A stretch of 63,544 bases of DNA, the filler included, from Octopus bimaculoides (lineage: Eukaryota), in NCBI RefSeq assembly GCF_001194135.2. It is 5 parts of 5 records of this genome, joined end to end, with 100 filler letters (N's around TTAATTAATTAA, not from the genome) between each part and the next. Parts side by side here need not be neighbours in the genome. Positions count along the whole stretch, not along the records: positions 1 to 26,095 come from NC_068998.1; positions 26,196 to 44,390 come from NC_068982.1; 3 more parts are not named here. One strand, written 5' to 3'. Under the pieces are notes generated by a model, which searched no databases, was not told where the DNA came from, and saw only the letters and a list, made by a program, of their open reading frames with translations. Positions within the stretch are counted from its first letter, which is position 1. Each line of letters starts with the position of its first letter. A program made the position numbers and the translations under genes. This document shows positions 1-33,540 of this stretch, in pieces.

Positions 1-109
1 GTATATATACATGTCTATATATGTATACTTATATATGTATGTGTAAATATATATATATACGTATATGTATGTAAATATATATATACAGATGTGTGTGTGT
101 GTATATATG

Positions 110-141
<32 letters not shown>

Positions 142-615
142 GATACATACATTTTTGTATATATAGATAGAAAGATACGTACTTACATATAAATATATTG
201 ATACATACATATAGGGAGATGCTTGCATTCATATATAGATATACGTACGGGGACATACCATACATATAGAAACGCATTCAAACATAAACACACACTAATA
301 ACACATTTATAAGCACTTACACAAGCAAGCACAAATACACACACACACATACACAAGCACCATTAAAATACTTGTCCAAAGTCGCTGTTGAAATAGTGTC
401 ATGTCTAAACAAGCTGCCACCTGACTTATTGATCTCTGTATGTCAAGTGTTGAACTGCTAACAACATTATTAGCTTTTGAACAATATACTAATTAACACG
501 CAAACATAAATCTTTTCACGTGTCTCAAGGCAGCCAACCAATAAAACATACCTTAAACCAAATCCTGTTTCACAAATGTCATTGAGTCATGTCAATATGT
601 ACTCAATATGCTTTG

Positions 616-780
616 CAGGGTGGTGAGGTGGCTGCATTGTTAGCACGCCAGGCAAAATGCTTAGTGGTATTTCGTCTTCTATTATGTTTTGAGTTCAAAT
701 TCTGCAGAGGTTGACTTTGCCTTTCATCCTTTCGGGGTTGATTAAATGAGTACCAGTTACACACTGGGGGTCGATGCAGA
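616..780 (+). mobile_element. tRNA-derived SINE, family A (core GACTTTGCCTTTCATCCTTTCGGGG)
   Basis: A-box-like GGCTGCATTGTTAGC and B-box-like GAGTTCAAATTC, followed by the shared core. Further copies near 14040-14170, 17205-17435, 45886-46183, 47003-47095, 48000-48085, 48545-48665, 53145-53320, 60152-60372, 60735-60870, 60990-61160 and 62345-62450. Confidence 0.8.
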
Positions 781-1334
781 TGCGAAGCAGCCTTTTTAAC
801 CTCACAGCCACCAATTTGTAAATCATTAAACCACTTCCGACACTGTATCCTAAAGATTTTTGGCTCAGAGTATTTCTTTGTACGACTTTCCTGAAAGTAA
901 CAAAACATTTAAAATGAAAACCATAATCCTTTCTACTTATAAACATCTCTTTTATATCCAGAATAAGCAATCTTTATACACACACATATATATATACACA
1001 CACACACACAGTGTTAGTCATCTAGCAATAGGTATATACAGAATAACACACCAGAGAGAAAGGCATAAACGACCTCACAAGGTAAGCCTCTGGAGTGGCA
1101 ACCGCTCTTGGTAGTGGTGGTCATTTCTTCACACTGCAACCAGCCATGGGAGATGAATGAATGTCACACCCTCACACTCTTACATATAAATATGTTGCTT
1201 TGTATCAATGTTATGTACAAAGAGGTAAGGAAGGTAAACACTTTGTTTCCAATCCATTGATATGTTTATAGTAGAGGTCATGGGTGGAGTGGAATGAGAA
1301 GTAAAACAGTTGATGAGCAAGGTGTGAGAGAGTT

Positions 1335-22115
<20,781 letters not shown>

Positions 22116-22227
22116 CTTAAATCAATAAATGGTGAATATTATAAATCAGAAGAAGAAGTAATTATATAAATTATTCAGTGGAAATAAATGAAGTTATTTT
22201 AACATTCGTTTCCAAAATTTATATCAA

Positions 22228-22326
22228 AACAGGAAATACGTAGTTCCCAGAATGCAATAGCGGTGTAACAGGAAAAAATCTCTGGCTTAAAATATTACTG
22301 TTTTCACAATGAATAATTCTTCCGGA
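22228..22326. promoter_or_regulatory. Putative DHX8 proximal promoter with a ZNF143/Staf-like site and ETS-like sites
   Basis: TTCCCAGAATGCAATAGCGG at 22244-22263 resembles the Staf/ZNF143 binding consensus. ACAGGAAAT (~22229-22237) and CCGGAAG on the minus strand (~22319-22325) resemble ETS cores. All lie 110-210 nt upstream of the ATG. Motif match only. Confidence 0.45.
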
Positions 22327-22540
22327 TATTTTTTTCACTTATTTACGAACAAATCAACGGAATATGTTTTTCTCTGTAGACAAATGGTTGATACATAGTT
22401 TAACAGCCGGTAACCAAAACAAAAGGAAAAACTAGTCTAACTGGTGTAAAAACAAAGTGTAGAAAACGAATATGAAAACAAAAATTTGCGCAAACGAACG
22501 GGGGGTGGAGGGGTGGGAAGAGGACTTTCCGAAAATTTAC

Positions 22541-23824
22541 ACGATCCGATTTTTCCCTCATAACTTTCAGGAAAATGGATATATATTGATGAAATTTTAC
22601 AGAAATACCTTTCAAACGGCATAGATTACGATTATAAACAAACTTGTGAGGAAAATGTTTTTCGGTAGGGTGGGGAGAGAACTTTCTGAAAATTCACACG
22701 ATCCCATTTTCCCCCCTTATAACTTTCAGGATCTAGTTTAGCACCTGGTCAGCAAAAAANNNNNNNNNNNNNNNNNNNNNNNNNNNNNNNNNNNNNNNNN
22801 NNNNNNNNNNNNNNNNNNNNNNNNNNNNNNNNNNNNNNNNNNNNNNNNNNNNNNNNNNNNNNNNNNNNNNNNNNNNNNNNNNNNNNNNNNNNNNNNNNNN
22901 NNNNNNNNNNNNNNNNNNNNNNNNNNNNNNNNNNNNNNNNNNNNNNNNNNNNNNNNNNNNNNNNNNNNNNNNNNNNNNNNNNNNNNNNNNNNNNNNNNNN
23001 NNNNNNNNNNNNNNNNNNNNNNNNNNNNNNNNNNNNNNNNNNNNNNNNNNNNNNNNNNNNNNNNNNNNNNNNNNNNNNNNNNNNNNNNNNNNNNNNNNNN
23101 NNNNNNNNNNNNNNNNNNNNNNNNNNNNNNNNNNNNNNNNNNNNNNNNNNNNNNNNNNNNNNNNNNNNNNNNNNNNNNNNNNNNNNNNNNNNNNNNNNNN
23201 NNNNNNNNNNNNNNNNNNNNNNNNNNNNNNNNNNNNNNNNNNNNNNNNNNNNNNNNNNNNNNNNNNNNNNNNNNNNNNNNNNNNNNNNNNNNNNNNNNNN
23301 NNNNNNNNNNNNNNNNNNNNNNNNNNNNNNNNNNNNNNNNNNNNNNNNNNNNNNNNNNNNNNNNNNNNNNNNNNNNNNNNNNNNNNNNNNNNNNNNNNNN
23401 NNNNNNNNNNNNNNNNNNNNNNNNNNNNNNNNNNNNNNNNNNNNNNNNNNNNNNNNNNNNNNNNNNNNNNNNNNNNNNNNNNNNNNNNNNNNNNNNNNNN
23501 NNNNNNNNNNNNNNNNNNNNNNNNNNNNNNNNNNNNNNNNNNNNNNNNNNNNNNNNNNNNNNNNNNNNNNNNNNNNNNNNNNNNNNNNNNNNNNNNNNNN
23601 NNNNNNNNNNNNNNNNNNNNNNNNNNNNNNNNNNNNNNNNNNNNNNNNNNNNNNNNNNNNNNNNNNNNNNNNNNNNNNNNNNNNNNNNNNNNNNNNNNNN
23701 NNNNNNNNNNNNNNNNNNNNNNNNNNNNNNNNTCGTAATCTATGCCATTTGAAAGGTATTTATATAAAATTTCATGAAAGAATATCCATTTTCTTGAAAG
23801 TTACGAGGGAAAAAATCGGATCGT
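22541..23824. repeat. Inverted repeat pair (22541-22631 / 23733-23824) spanning an N gap, probably a foldback or MITE-like element
   Basis: ACGATCCGATTTTTCCCTCATAACTTTCAGG...GGCATAGATTACGA matches the reverse complement of TCGTAATCTATGCC...AAAAATCGGATCGT; a third partial unit lies at 22665-22730. Confidence 0.75.
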
Positions 23825-24362
23825 TGTTGTTGTTCCTGTTACTATCTATATAAACTTTAAATTTTAATGCTGAGGATGCTGTATTTCAGCAGTCTACCTT
23901 CCTAGAGAATTCCCTTGGGAATTTTATGACCAGCTTCGCCAGACATTTTATTTATTTTTGTCCTTTCTTCTTGTTTTGAGAAGGACCCTGACTTCAAGCA
24001 ACTTTTTACAGATCAATTTTTAGACACTATTTTCTAAACTTGGCAAAGTATATAGGGGCTGCAAATTTTGATTTTGCACTTGCTAAAAATTTTAGGGGGT
24101 GCGCTTGTACCCCTTGCACCCCTCTGTTCCCGGGCCCTTGTCTGGGACCTCCGTTGTAGATAATCTAACCCTAAAGGGTGAAAAGCAAAAAAGCAGGAGA
24201 AACACTGAAAGGGATTTTCTTCCGCTGCTAACGTTTCTGCCAATCTGTGACTCTTATTGTTTTCTCGTATTATCTTCTTGGCCTGGCTTCGCTGACGCGG
24301 TATGGATGTCCAGGGTCTGATGATGCAGCTTCACTATCTTTTTTCGCATCTGACGTTTGTCT

Positions 24363-24690
24363 TCAAGAGAGTTCACTGCGAGAGATCTCAAAGGAGGAAA
24401 CATCAACGCGGATGGTATGGCGCCAAGCGAAGCGGTCAGCTGTCAGAGTGGACCTCTCTCGATAATCAATGTCACAAACGCTAAGGGGCTGCTCCAGGCA
24501 GTCCTCGTAACGCTTCTTTGGTGCCTCCTTGTTGCGGTGGCCAAGGGTGAGCTCACCGTACATGATGATCTCGGGTAGGCGGTGGTCTTTCATCCTGTCA
24601 ACGTGTCCTGCCCAACGTAGCCGTGTCTCGAGTAAAATCGCTTCCAGGCTGGTGACCTTTGCTCGCTCGAGGACCTCAAGTATTATAAGG
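24363..24690 (-). mobile_element. RTE LINE 3' coding fragment
   Basis: LEVLERAKVTSLEAILLETRLRWAGHVDRMKDHRLPEIIMYGEL...PKKRYEDCL is the typical RTE/BovB C-terminal signature. Confidence 0.85.
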
Positions 24691-26050
24691 TAAAAAACAA
24701 AAACATACACTGTACATCTACAACGTGTGCGCGCGAGCGCAAGTGTGCACACGTGTGTGAGTGTAAGTGTGCGCGCGCGTGCGTAAGTGCGCACACGTGC
24801 GTAAGTGTGCACACGTGCGTGAGTGCGCGCGCGCGCGAACGTAAGTGTGCATGTGCGCGCGCGCGCTGGTAGAATTGTTAGCGTGATGCTGACCAAAAGT
24901 CGTCGTCAAGTACAAGAGTCAATGCCATCAACAATTCCTCCTGGCTAGCCTTGTGTCAACATTTGAAACCAATATTTTTAAACTAATCTCAAACAGTAAC
25001 CGAATGCATGGTTTTATGACATAAATATTTACAGAAACATCGCAGGCATACACACAAGAAAGGAGGTCTTTCCGTTACTTTGTGTAGTTTCGTATTTCAG
25101 TTTTTCCTCGGAAGAAGATTACGCCCAACTTCAGATTTTATATAGCACACGAAGGAGCCTCAAGAATTCAACAATTCTGTGAATATCAATCCTCACTCTG
25201 CTCCAATTACATTTTTATTCACCGCCAGGCCCTACTGTGAATAAAAGGATTTATAATCAATTAATTCAGCTCTGTCTGTGATCCTTAAACTATGTTATTT
25301 CATCCTAACATCTTTCCACCATTTCTGGTAAGAGATAAATACGTAAAATATCCAGTCCAAAATCAGACTGTCTCGGTCATTTTCACTTAATCTTTAAATA
25401 TTGGTTTCATTCAGGATAAAGCACGAAATTTCGGGTTTGTAGCTGCAGAGGAATTGGGTTGTTGTAGCGCAAACTTATTTCCAAGAACAACAATGTTGTA
25501 AGCGGGGTGCAGTGGCTCTAATCGGAGATTTGAAACACCACTGGCTCACCAATTCCATTCGCCTGGGACTTATTATTACTATTAATGGTACACAGATCAC
25601 CACCCACCCACTGACAGTAAAAGGTTGTCATCTACTATCTTAACTGTGATCTCTGCCGGATATCTTGGTTGTGGTCTCTTCTATGTTATCTTGCTGATGG
25701 TTTAAATGCCATCTTTATCTTTGTCGCGATTTATCCAAGTGCTGACTGTCATCTTCGTAGTGGTTTATCTCGATATCATCTGTTAGCTTCGATGTGGTTT
25801 ATCTGGCTGTCGTCAGCTACGTCTATCTAAGTGACATCTGCTAGCATATTCTACTTGGGTGTTGTCTGCTACCTTAGATGAGTTTTATCCAGTAGTCAAC
25901 TACTTTTATTCCCGTCCATCATGGTACCATCTGCTACCTTAGTTGCTATATATATATATATATATATTAAATGTTTCAGCTGCAAAGCTGCGGTCATGCA
26001 TGGTCCAGCATGGCCGCAGTCAAATGACTGAAACATGTGAAAGAATAAAA

Positions 26051-26095
<45 letters not shown>

Positions 26096-26196
26096 NNNNN
26101 NNNNNNNNNNNNNNNNNNNNNNNNNNNNNNNNNNNNNNNTTAATTAATTAANNNNNNNNNNNNNNNNNNNNNNNNNNNNNNNNNNNNNNNNNNNNA

Positions 26197-29100
26197 TTTC
26201 CAAAGGTCTCGGTCAGAAGTCATTGCCTCGGTGAGGCCTAAAGTTCAGAGGTCGTGCTTCACCACCTCATCCCAGGTCTGCCTGGGCCTGCCTCTTCCAC
26301 GGGTTCCCTCAACCGCTAGGGTGTGGCACTTTTTCACACCGCTATCCTCATCCATTCTCACCACATGTCCATACCAATGCAATCGTCTCTCTTGCACACC
26401 ACAACTGATGCTTCTTAGGTTCAACTTTTCTGTCAAGATACTTACACTCTGTCGGGTATGCACACTGACATAAATTATCCATCGGAGCATACTGGCTTCA
26501 TTCCTTGCGAGCTTACGCATGTCCTCAGCAGTCACAGCCCATGTTTCACTGCCATGTAGCATGGCTGTTCGTACACATGCGTCATACAGTCTGCCGTTTA
26601 ATCTGAGCGAGAGGCCCTTTGTCGCCAGCAGAGGTAAGAGCTCTCTGAACTTTACCCAGGCTATTCTTATTCTAGCAGCTACACTTTCAGTGCACCCCCA
26701 CTACTAACTTGGTCACCCAGATAGCAGAAGCTATCAACTACATCTAGTTTTTCTCCCTGGAATGAGACGGAAGTTGTTTTCTGCATATTTTCAGTGTTTA
26801 TTGCACCTGAACATCTGCCACATACAAAAACTAACTTCTTAGTTAATCTGCCTTTGATATTGCTGCACCTCTTATGTGTCCATAGCTTGCACTAGGTACA
26901 TCTTATAGAGTTTCTACCTACACCTTTTCTACAGATCGAGCATGGCCATCTACCTGAAGGGTCCGTGTTTTGTCTACCTTCCTACTTATTAGAACTTTGG
27001 TTTTAGCTAAGTTGACCCTAAAGCCCTTCAATTCTAGTCCCTGTTTCCACACCTGAAACTTCTCCTCTAGTTATGATAATGATTCAGCAATTAGTGCAAG
27101 GTCATCAGCATAGAGGAGCTTCCAGGGGCATCCTGTCTTGAATTCCTCTGTTATTGCCTGGAGGACTATGATAAATAAGAGGGGGCTGAGGACAGAACCT
27201 TGGTGGACCCCTACCTCTACCCGGAATTCTTTACTGTACTCATTGCCAACCCTCACCTTACTGACAGCGCCTCTGTACATGGCTTGCACAGCTCTCAGTA
27301 ACCATTCTTCTATCCCTAGTTTTCTCATTGACCACGAGATAAGGGATCAGGGGACCCTGTCAAAGGCTTTCTCCATGTCAACGAAAGCCAGGTACAGAGG
27401 TTTATCCTTGGCTAGGTATTTCTCCTGCAGCTGTCTTACAAGAAATAGAGCATCAGTGGTGCTTTACCCTGGCACAAACCCAAACTGCATCTCATCTAAA
27501 CTGACTCTCTCCCTAATTAGTTGGGCTATGACCCTCTCTGTGACTTACATTATCTGATCTAACAACTTGCTACCTCTGTAATTATTTGTATCTAAAGCGT
27601 CACCTTTACCTTTGTAACAGTTGACTGTGGTGCTGCTACACCAGTCATTGGGTATGACTCCTTCGTGTATCACCTGGTTAACAATATGGGTGACTAGGCT
27701 ATAGTCGACACTGCCAGATATTTTTAGCATCTCTGCAGTGACTCCTGATGGGCGGGGGCCTTTCCCTGTCTTCATACTCATAATTGCTTTATCTACCATG
27801 GAACTGTCAACTCGGATAGCTGGTCCCTCTGTTGGGTCGACATTCGGCAGACTCTCTTTCTCCCATTCATTCTCTTTATTGAGCAATCTTTCATAGTGGC
27901 GTCTCCAAACCTCTTTCTTTGCGGCCTCATTTAGAGCAAGTGTACCATCATCAATGCGAACACATTTTTCTCCCACGACATCACAATTCTCTCTCACACA
28001 CTGTCTTGCAACACGAAATACTTCAAGTCTTTGGTCCTCACGGTGCAGAACATTGGCAAACTTTTTCTTATCTGCTTCCCTTCTGGCTAGATGAACCTGT
28101 CTCCTAGCTTCCCTTCTAGCAGTCTGATACACTTCCCTGCTACCTCCGTTCTTCCAGTCCTTCCAAGCCTGTTTCTTTTGTCTAATAGCCCTGTCAACCA
28201 CACTGTTCCACCACCAAGTTACTTTGGGTCGAGAGGGGACTTTACACCAGCCACAGATCTGGTCGGTGGCATTCAGCAGGTTGTCCCGTAGAAACTTCCA
28301 TGTTGTATGATGCTATATCCCCTTCTATTTCATCAAATGCTTCAAGTAGTATGTCTCTAAATCTCTGTCCATTTGCAGGATCTTTAAGTTTCCAAACCCT
28401 TCTCCTCCAAGTCGGTCTACTTCNNNNNNNNNNNNNNNNNNNNNNNNNNNNNNNNNNNNNNNNNNNNNNNNNNNNNNNNNNNNNNNNNNNNNNNNNNNNN
28501 NNNNNNNNNNNNNNNNNNNNNNNNNNNNNNNNNNNNNNNNNNNNNNNNNNNNNNNNNNNNNNNNNNNNNNNNNNNNNNNNNNNNNNNNNNNNNNNNNNNN
28601 NNNNNNNNNNNNNNNNNNNNNNNNNNNNNNNNNNNNNNNNNNNNNNNNNNNNNNNNNNNNNNNNNNNNNNNNNNNNNNNNNNNNNNNNNNNNNNNNNNNN
28701 NNNNNNNNNNNNNNNNNNNNNNNNNNNNNNNNNNNNNNNNNNNNNNNNNNNNNNNNNNNNNNNNNNNNNNNNNNNNNNNNNNNNNNNNNNNNNNNNNNNN
28801 NNNNNNNNNNNNNNNNNNNNNNNNNNNNNNNNNNNNNNNNNNNNNNNNNNNNNNNNNNNNNNNNNNNNNNNNNNNNNNNNNNNNNNNNNNNNNNNNNNNN
28901 NNNNNNNNNNNNNNNNNNNNNNNNNNNNNNNNNNNNNNNNNNNNNNNNNNNNNNNNNNNNNNNNNNNNNNNNNNNNNNNNNNNNNNNNNNNNNNNNNNNN
29001 NNNNNNNNNNNNNNNNNNNNNNNNNNNNNNNNNNNNNNNNNNNNNNNNNNNNNNNNNNNNNNNNNNNNNNATGAAGCACTAGCCTAATCTTAAGTACTCT

Positions 29101-29440
29101 GTCACATATTCTAACTACCTCGATTACCTTATCAACCCATTTCTCTGCTAGGAGTATTCCCACGCCCCCAACCCCGTCAGTGTTCCCTACCCAGAAAATC
29201 TTGTACCTGTGTTCTTTGCCTGTGAGGAACCTCGTGGAACCTCCTCTCCATCTAACTTCTTGGATGCAGCACAAATCTACGCGCCTCCGTTCAAGCATCT
29301 CAACAATCTCACCAGACCTACCTTTCAGCGTGCCGACATTGAGAGTGCCAATCCTGATGGTGTGGGAGGAGTGGGTGTCAGAGGAGTGGGCCTGTGTGAC
29401 CCTGGAATGAGGGAAAGCAGTGTCGTGTACCGGAAAAGAA
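26197..29440 (-). mobile_element. Near full-length but disrupted RTE-clade LINE (APE endonuclease plus reverse transcriptase)
   Basis: APE motif IGTLNVGTL...DLCCIQEVRWRG at ~29365-29250. RT motifs VGVHQGSVLSPLLF and LLYADDL at ~27200-27090. C-terminal RRLHWYGHVVRMDE...GRPRQTW. The coding region is split by stops, frameshifts and a gap. Confidence 0.93.
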
Positions 29441-30949
29441 AGCTTGCATTTGGCAGAATTCATAAACAAAACAATACCTACAACCTGCATATACTACACA
29501 ATCTTTATGTGCTATAAGGTCGATAAGAGGGGAGAGGTAGTATAAGGTCACTAGCAGTGTTCGCGGGAGACAGCTAATGATGGTAGACGATCTAAACTTC
29601 CGGTACTGGTGGAGGGGGTGGGCGGGTAGACATACTGCGAGCTAAGAGAGCTTCGTCATAGTTCTGTTAGCAGAGAGATTCGAAGACAAATTAGAATGAA
29701 GTTGGAAATTGAACTGGTTATATAGAGTTAGGGTCACGTATGAGTCGAAGAGGGAGAGGGGGAGAGAGAAGTAGTGATGCAGAGAGAGATGGGGGGAGAG
29801 GTAAATAGTGGTGCAGAGAGAGAGAGAGAGAGGTACAGGCAACAGTACAGCACGCTGGTTAAAATCCTTGGGTTTTTAGAACAAAGTTGAAAGAGACAGC
29901 AGTGTATAAATCGTGAGATTAAATACTTAAATCTGAATGAGAATTAAATCGTAATTTTTCAAGGGAGGAGAGACAAAATTTTAGACAGGTTTGGGCTTAG
30001 AGGAGCATAACTTGAATAAAGTAAAGAAAAAGCAATAACTTGAATAGGGTAAAGAAAAAAAAATACATAAATAAGCATGAATTTAAGACAACAGAGATCA
30101 AGTGATGTTTACATGGAAAGAAATATATAGATNNNNNNNNNNNNNNNNNNNNNNNNNNNNNNNNNNNNNNNNNNNNNNNNNNNNNNNNNNNNNNNNNNNN
30201 NNNNNNNNNNNNNNNNNNNNNNNNNNNNNNNNNNNNNNNNNNNNNNNNNNNNNNNNNNNNNNNNNNNNAAGAAGGGATAATATATGAAAGTTAGAAGGAT
30301 AAAAATTTTCTTAGCTGTCCATATTTTGGAGATTTAAGTCGTAGTTCTGTCAGCAGAGAGATTCGAAGACGAATTAGGATGAAGTTGGAAATTGAACTGG
30401 TTATATACAGTTAGGGTCACGTATATATAAACTTAACTAGTTTCATGTTTGATTTTCAAAGTGTGTGTCATGTGGAGCTGTGTAGCAAACTGTTTTGTTT
30501 TTAGCTGTTGTTGTAAAAATTGTTTGTTTTTGTAGAGAGAATGTGAATCACATCACTATTAGTTAATGTACACATTGATTGGTTGTGGATGGTCATGTAG
30601 TGTGGTAAGTTTTCTGCTCTGAGGTCATGTTATAGCCATGCGAGAAGGCTACATCAAAGCTTTTGTTCAGTGTATATGTCATATGACAGAACAATAGCTA
30701 TGAAAAGTAGAGCTGTTTTAGCCTTCTGGCTATCATCTTAGTTAGCCAAGACACAGTGACCTTTTGATGTCATGTACACCAGTACTCTGCAACCATTTTT
30801 CACTTGCAGTATACTTATATTCTTTTCAAAATTCAGCAGCACATCTGAACAAAAAGCATAACTAAAAGTATAGGGATTAAAAAATAAAAAATATGTGCAT
30901 TCTTTGCTTTTATTTAAAATTAGAATAAAAATTAAAATTACAGATTTAT

Positions 30950-32770
30950 ATTTCATTTAGAGCGATATTTGTGTGTTGCATGTTTGGCTCAATATTCGAA
31001 AGAGCAACTTGAAGTTTTCCATCAATATCTTTTAACGATTGCTTATCATTTTTGACTAATAAGATGAAAAACATTGTTCGTACAAATACGTTGTGCAAAA
31101 TTGGAGCAAAATTTTAACAGCTGCATTAAATATCTGCTTTTATTTTTCTTAAATTGAAATCCAAAACACATGAAGTGGAACTTTGTTGAATTTCAATCTT
31201 AGAGTTCCATTGTTTCTTAGTTCAAGAAATTCTTCTCGAATGTGCAGTGACAATTCTTCCATTGACATTTTAGCGTTAGTTGCAAAAAGATTTCGGATCT
31301 AATCATATTGTTTCTTGTTAATTGTAAAAAGGTAATAGTCATACTCCTGCTGTAATATTAATATTAAGTGTTCTTGAGCCAAATCCAATACAAATTGCTT
31401 GTCAATATTTGTTTGATTTTGGTTTGCATCTTGGAAACAATTCCAGCGATCCTCATCTTAACTCATTTTGCCAGAGTACTATTTTCTGTCGAATCCGTTT
31501 AACTTGTCAGAATATGTCAATACATTTTCATTTTTACCTTGCATTTTTATATTAAATCCATTCATATGCTCAAATATGTCAACCATGTATGCAAGTTTAG
31601 CTATCCAATGATTGTCTTCAAGATGTTTATGTAGTTCATGCTTGTTCTGATTTAATAGGAACTGACAATTTTGATGTGGAGCTCAAATAATCTTGCAAGA
31701 ACTTTGCCTTAAGAAAGCCAATGTACAACAGTGTAAACTAGCAATGACTGATGTTCTGATCCCATTTCTTTGTAAAGTAATGTAAGATTTCATGAATTTA
31801 AGGCTCTTGCTTTAATGAAGTTACGATGTTGATGCAATTGTTCATTGTTTCTGACAGTTCCTCTGGTAAAACTTTGATTATCAGCATTTCCCTATATATG
31901 TACCAATGTGTTATTTGTATTGCTGGAGTTTGACGTTTTACCCATGAAACAAACCCTTTATCTTCATCCATCATTGCTGAAGCATCATTCGTGCTGATAC
32001 TAATGCAGTTACTCCAATGGATGTCATCAGTTGTGAAAAAAACTCGTTAGTTATTCAAAACATTTCCAGGCCAGTAGTTCACTCTGGAAGTCCTTTGCAA
32101 AATAAATACGCTTCTGTTATGGAGTCCCCATCGATAAAGTGTACAACACTCAACAGCTGCGCTCATTTGTTAATGTCTGTTGTTTCATTGATCTGAAGTG
32201 AAACTTTCTCAGATGTTTTAAATTTTTTAATTAAAGTTTCCAGAATATTACTGGATATCTCATCAATTTGTCTTTTAATAGTATCCACAGACAACAGAAC
32301 TTTGCTTACTTCCTTAACTTCATTTGGTCCAAGTATCAATCAAATGATTTCCATGTATGCTAGTTTTAGCAATGTTTCATCAATAGTATGCATTTTGTTT
32401 TGATGTGCAATCAATTTTTTAACATGGTAACTAGCTTCTAATGCTTTTTCAGAGACTGTGACAAACAACTTGATAAACTGCTTCTGCTTCTTATTTTGAT
32501 TTAAAATTCACTAAGACTATTGTTTATGCTTGTTGGTATGACTGGCATGTTTTATTTTTAAGTGGCAAATAATTTTTCTTGGAACTATTGCTTGATTTGC
32601 AAGTTGTTCTCCACAAATTACACATAGTGGTTTTGGAGCCTCTTCATCACCACACCAGGAAAATCCATACTGAATATAATCTTCATTGTATTACGTTTTA
32701 ACAGTTTCCTGCTTTTTTACAATGCTGCTTATGCTGGGTACATTCTCGGGTTCATTATTATTTGTCACTG
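30950..32770 (-). mobile_element. Decayed hAT (Buster/Charlie; ZBED5/SCAND3-like) transposase remnant
   Basis: Minus-strand peptides NEDYIQYGFSWCGDEEAPKPLCVICGEQLAN (BED finger), SEKALEASYHV, SLQINETTDI, THWYIYRE and LLQFCTTYLYEQCFS, with many stops. TIRs not found. Confidence 0.85.
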
Positions 32771-33149
32771 AGATTAGTCTTTTCAAGAATTTATCCACCG
32801 TAAGAGTGTATTCTGTAAGAAAATTGTTAATTTTAAGGTGCTAAAATTTTAACACTTATTTTTAACTCATGCACAATTCTGTAAAATCTAAATATTTTAT
32901 AATTTAACAAATGCTGTTAATTTTGTCTGTTAAAACGAACATTTTAAAGGCATCTAAGTGCCTCTAAAAATTAACACATCTGTTTATTTTGGTTTATATC
33001 ATAAACATAAGTTTTCATAAACATAAATGTAACAATCGACTTCATTATAGGTTATGTGAAAAATAAATTAAGAATTGACATACTGACACAACAAACTTCC
33101 CCTCTCACAAGCAAAGCGCTGTGTATGAAGGTAGTGGGGAGAACATTAT

Positions 33150-33540
33150 TGCTCATACACAGTGCTCTGCTGACACAAGTTCACTGTGTTGACTTGTATG
33201 TTATCCTGTATTTTATATTGTTCACCTATCATATTTCCAGCACTTCTTTCAAAAGATTTTGTTCTAATGCACAGAATTCTGAAACTCTTTTCTCAAATAT
33301 CAGTGGAATTTCAGCCAATACATTCAGTGATGATATAATGAAGCAACACTTTGACACCTGCAAATTGCTCTCATTGAGAATTCTTGCAAATGAGAATCAT
33401 CCGCTACATCATGAACTATTAAAAGCTAGGTCGTCAATACATACTTAAAGCTGCATCAAACATATTGGTGGTAGAACTTCCACATTTTCTAATTCTGTTA
33501 TACCATGCCTCACCCAATTCCTTACAAATCCCAATACAAC
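33150..33540 (+). mobile_element. Decayed LINE 3' fragment (Rex1/Babar- or L2-like)
   Basis: ...LRILANENHPLHHELL... followed by RTSTFSNSVIPCL resembles the HPLH...RTxRFxNSFIP end of these LINEs. Confidence 0.45.

Noticed and set aside
616-700. tRNA genes at SINE heads
   Set aside because: A and B boxes are present, but there is no full cloverleaf and each head continues into a shared SINE body.
23868-23900. CTGAGGA-TGCTG/CAGCA hammerhead-like half
   Set aside because: Followed by GTCT instead of GAAA, with no stem I or III. Similar failures at 24318, 35177 and 38244.
24900-25550. Possible Penelope C-terminal remnant
   Set aside because: No frame gives recognisable ordered motifs.
26140-26151. 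TTAATTAATTAA islands inside N runs (also 44435-44446, 58730-58741, 60094-60105)
   Set aside because: An identical 12-mer with stops in all frames, flanked by Ns each time: an assembly or scaffolding linker, not biology.
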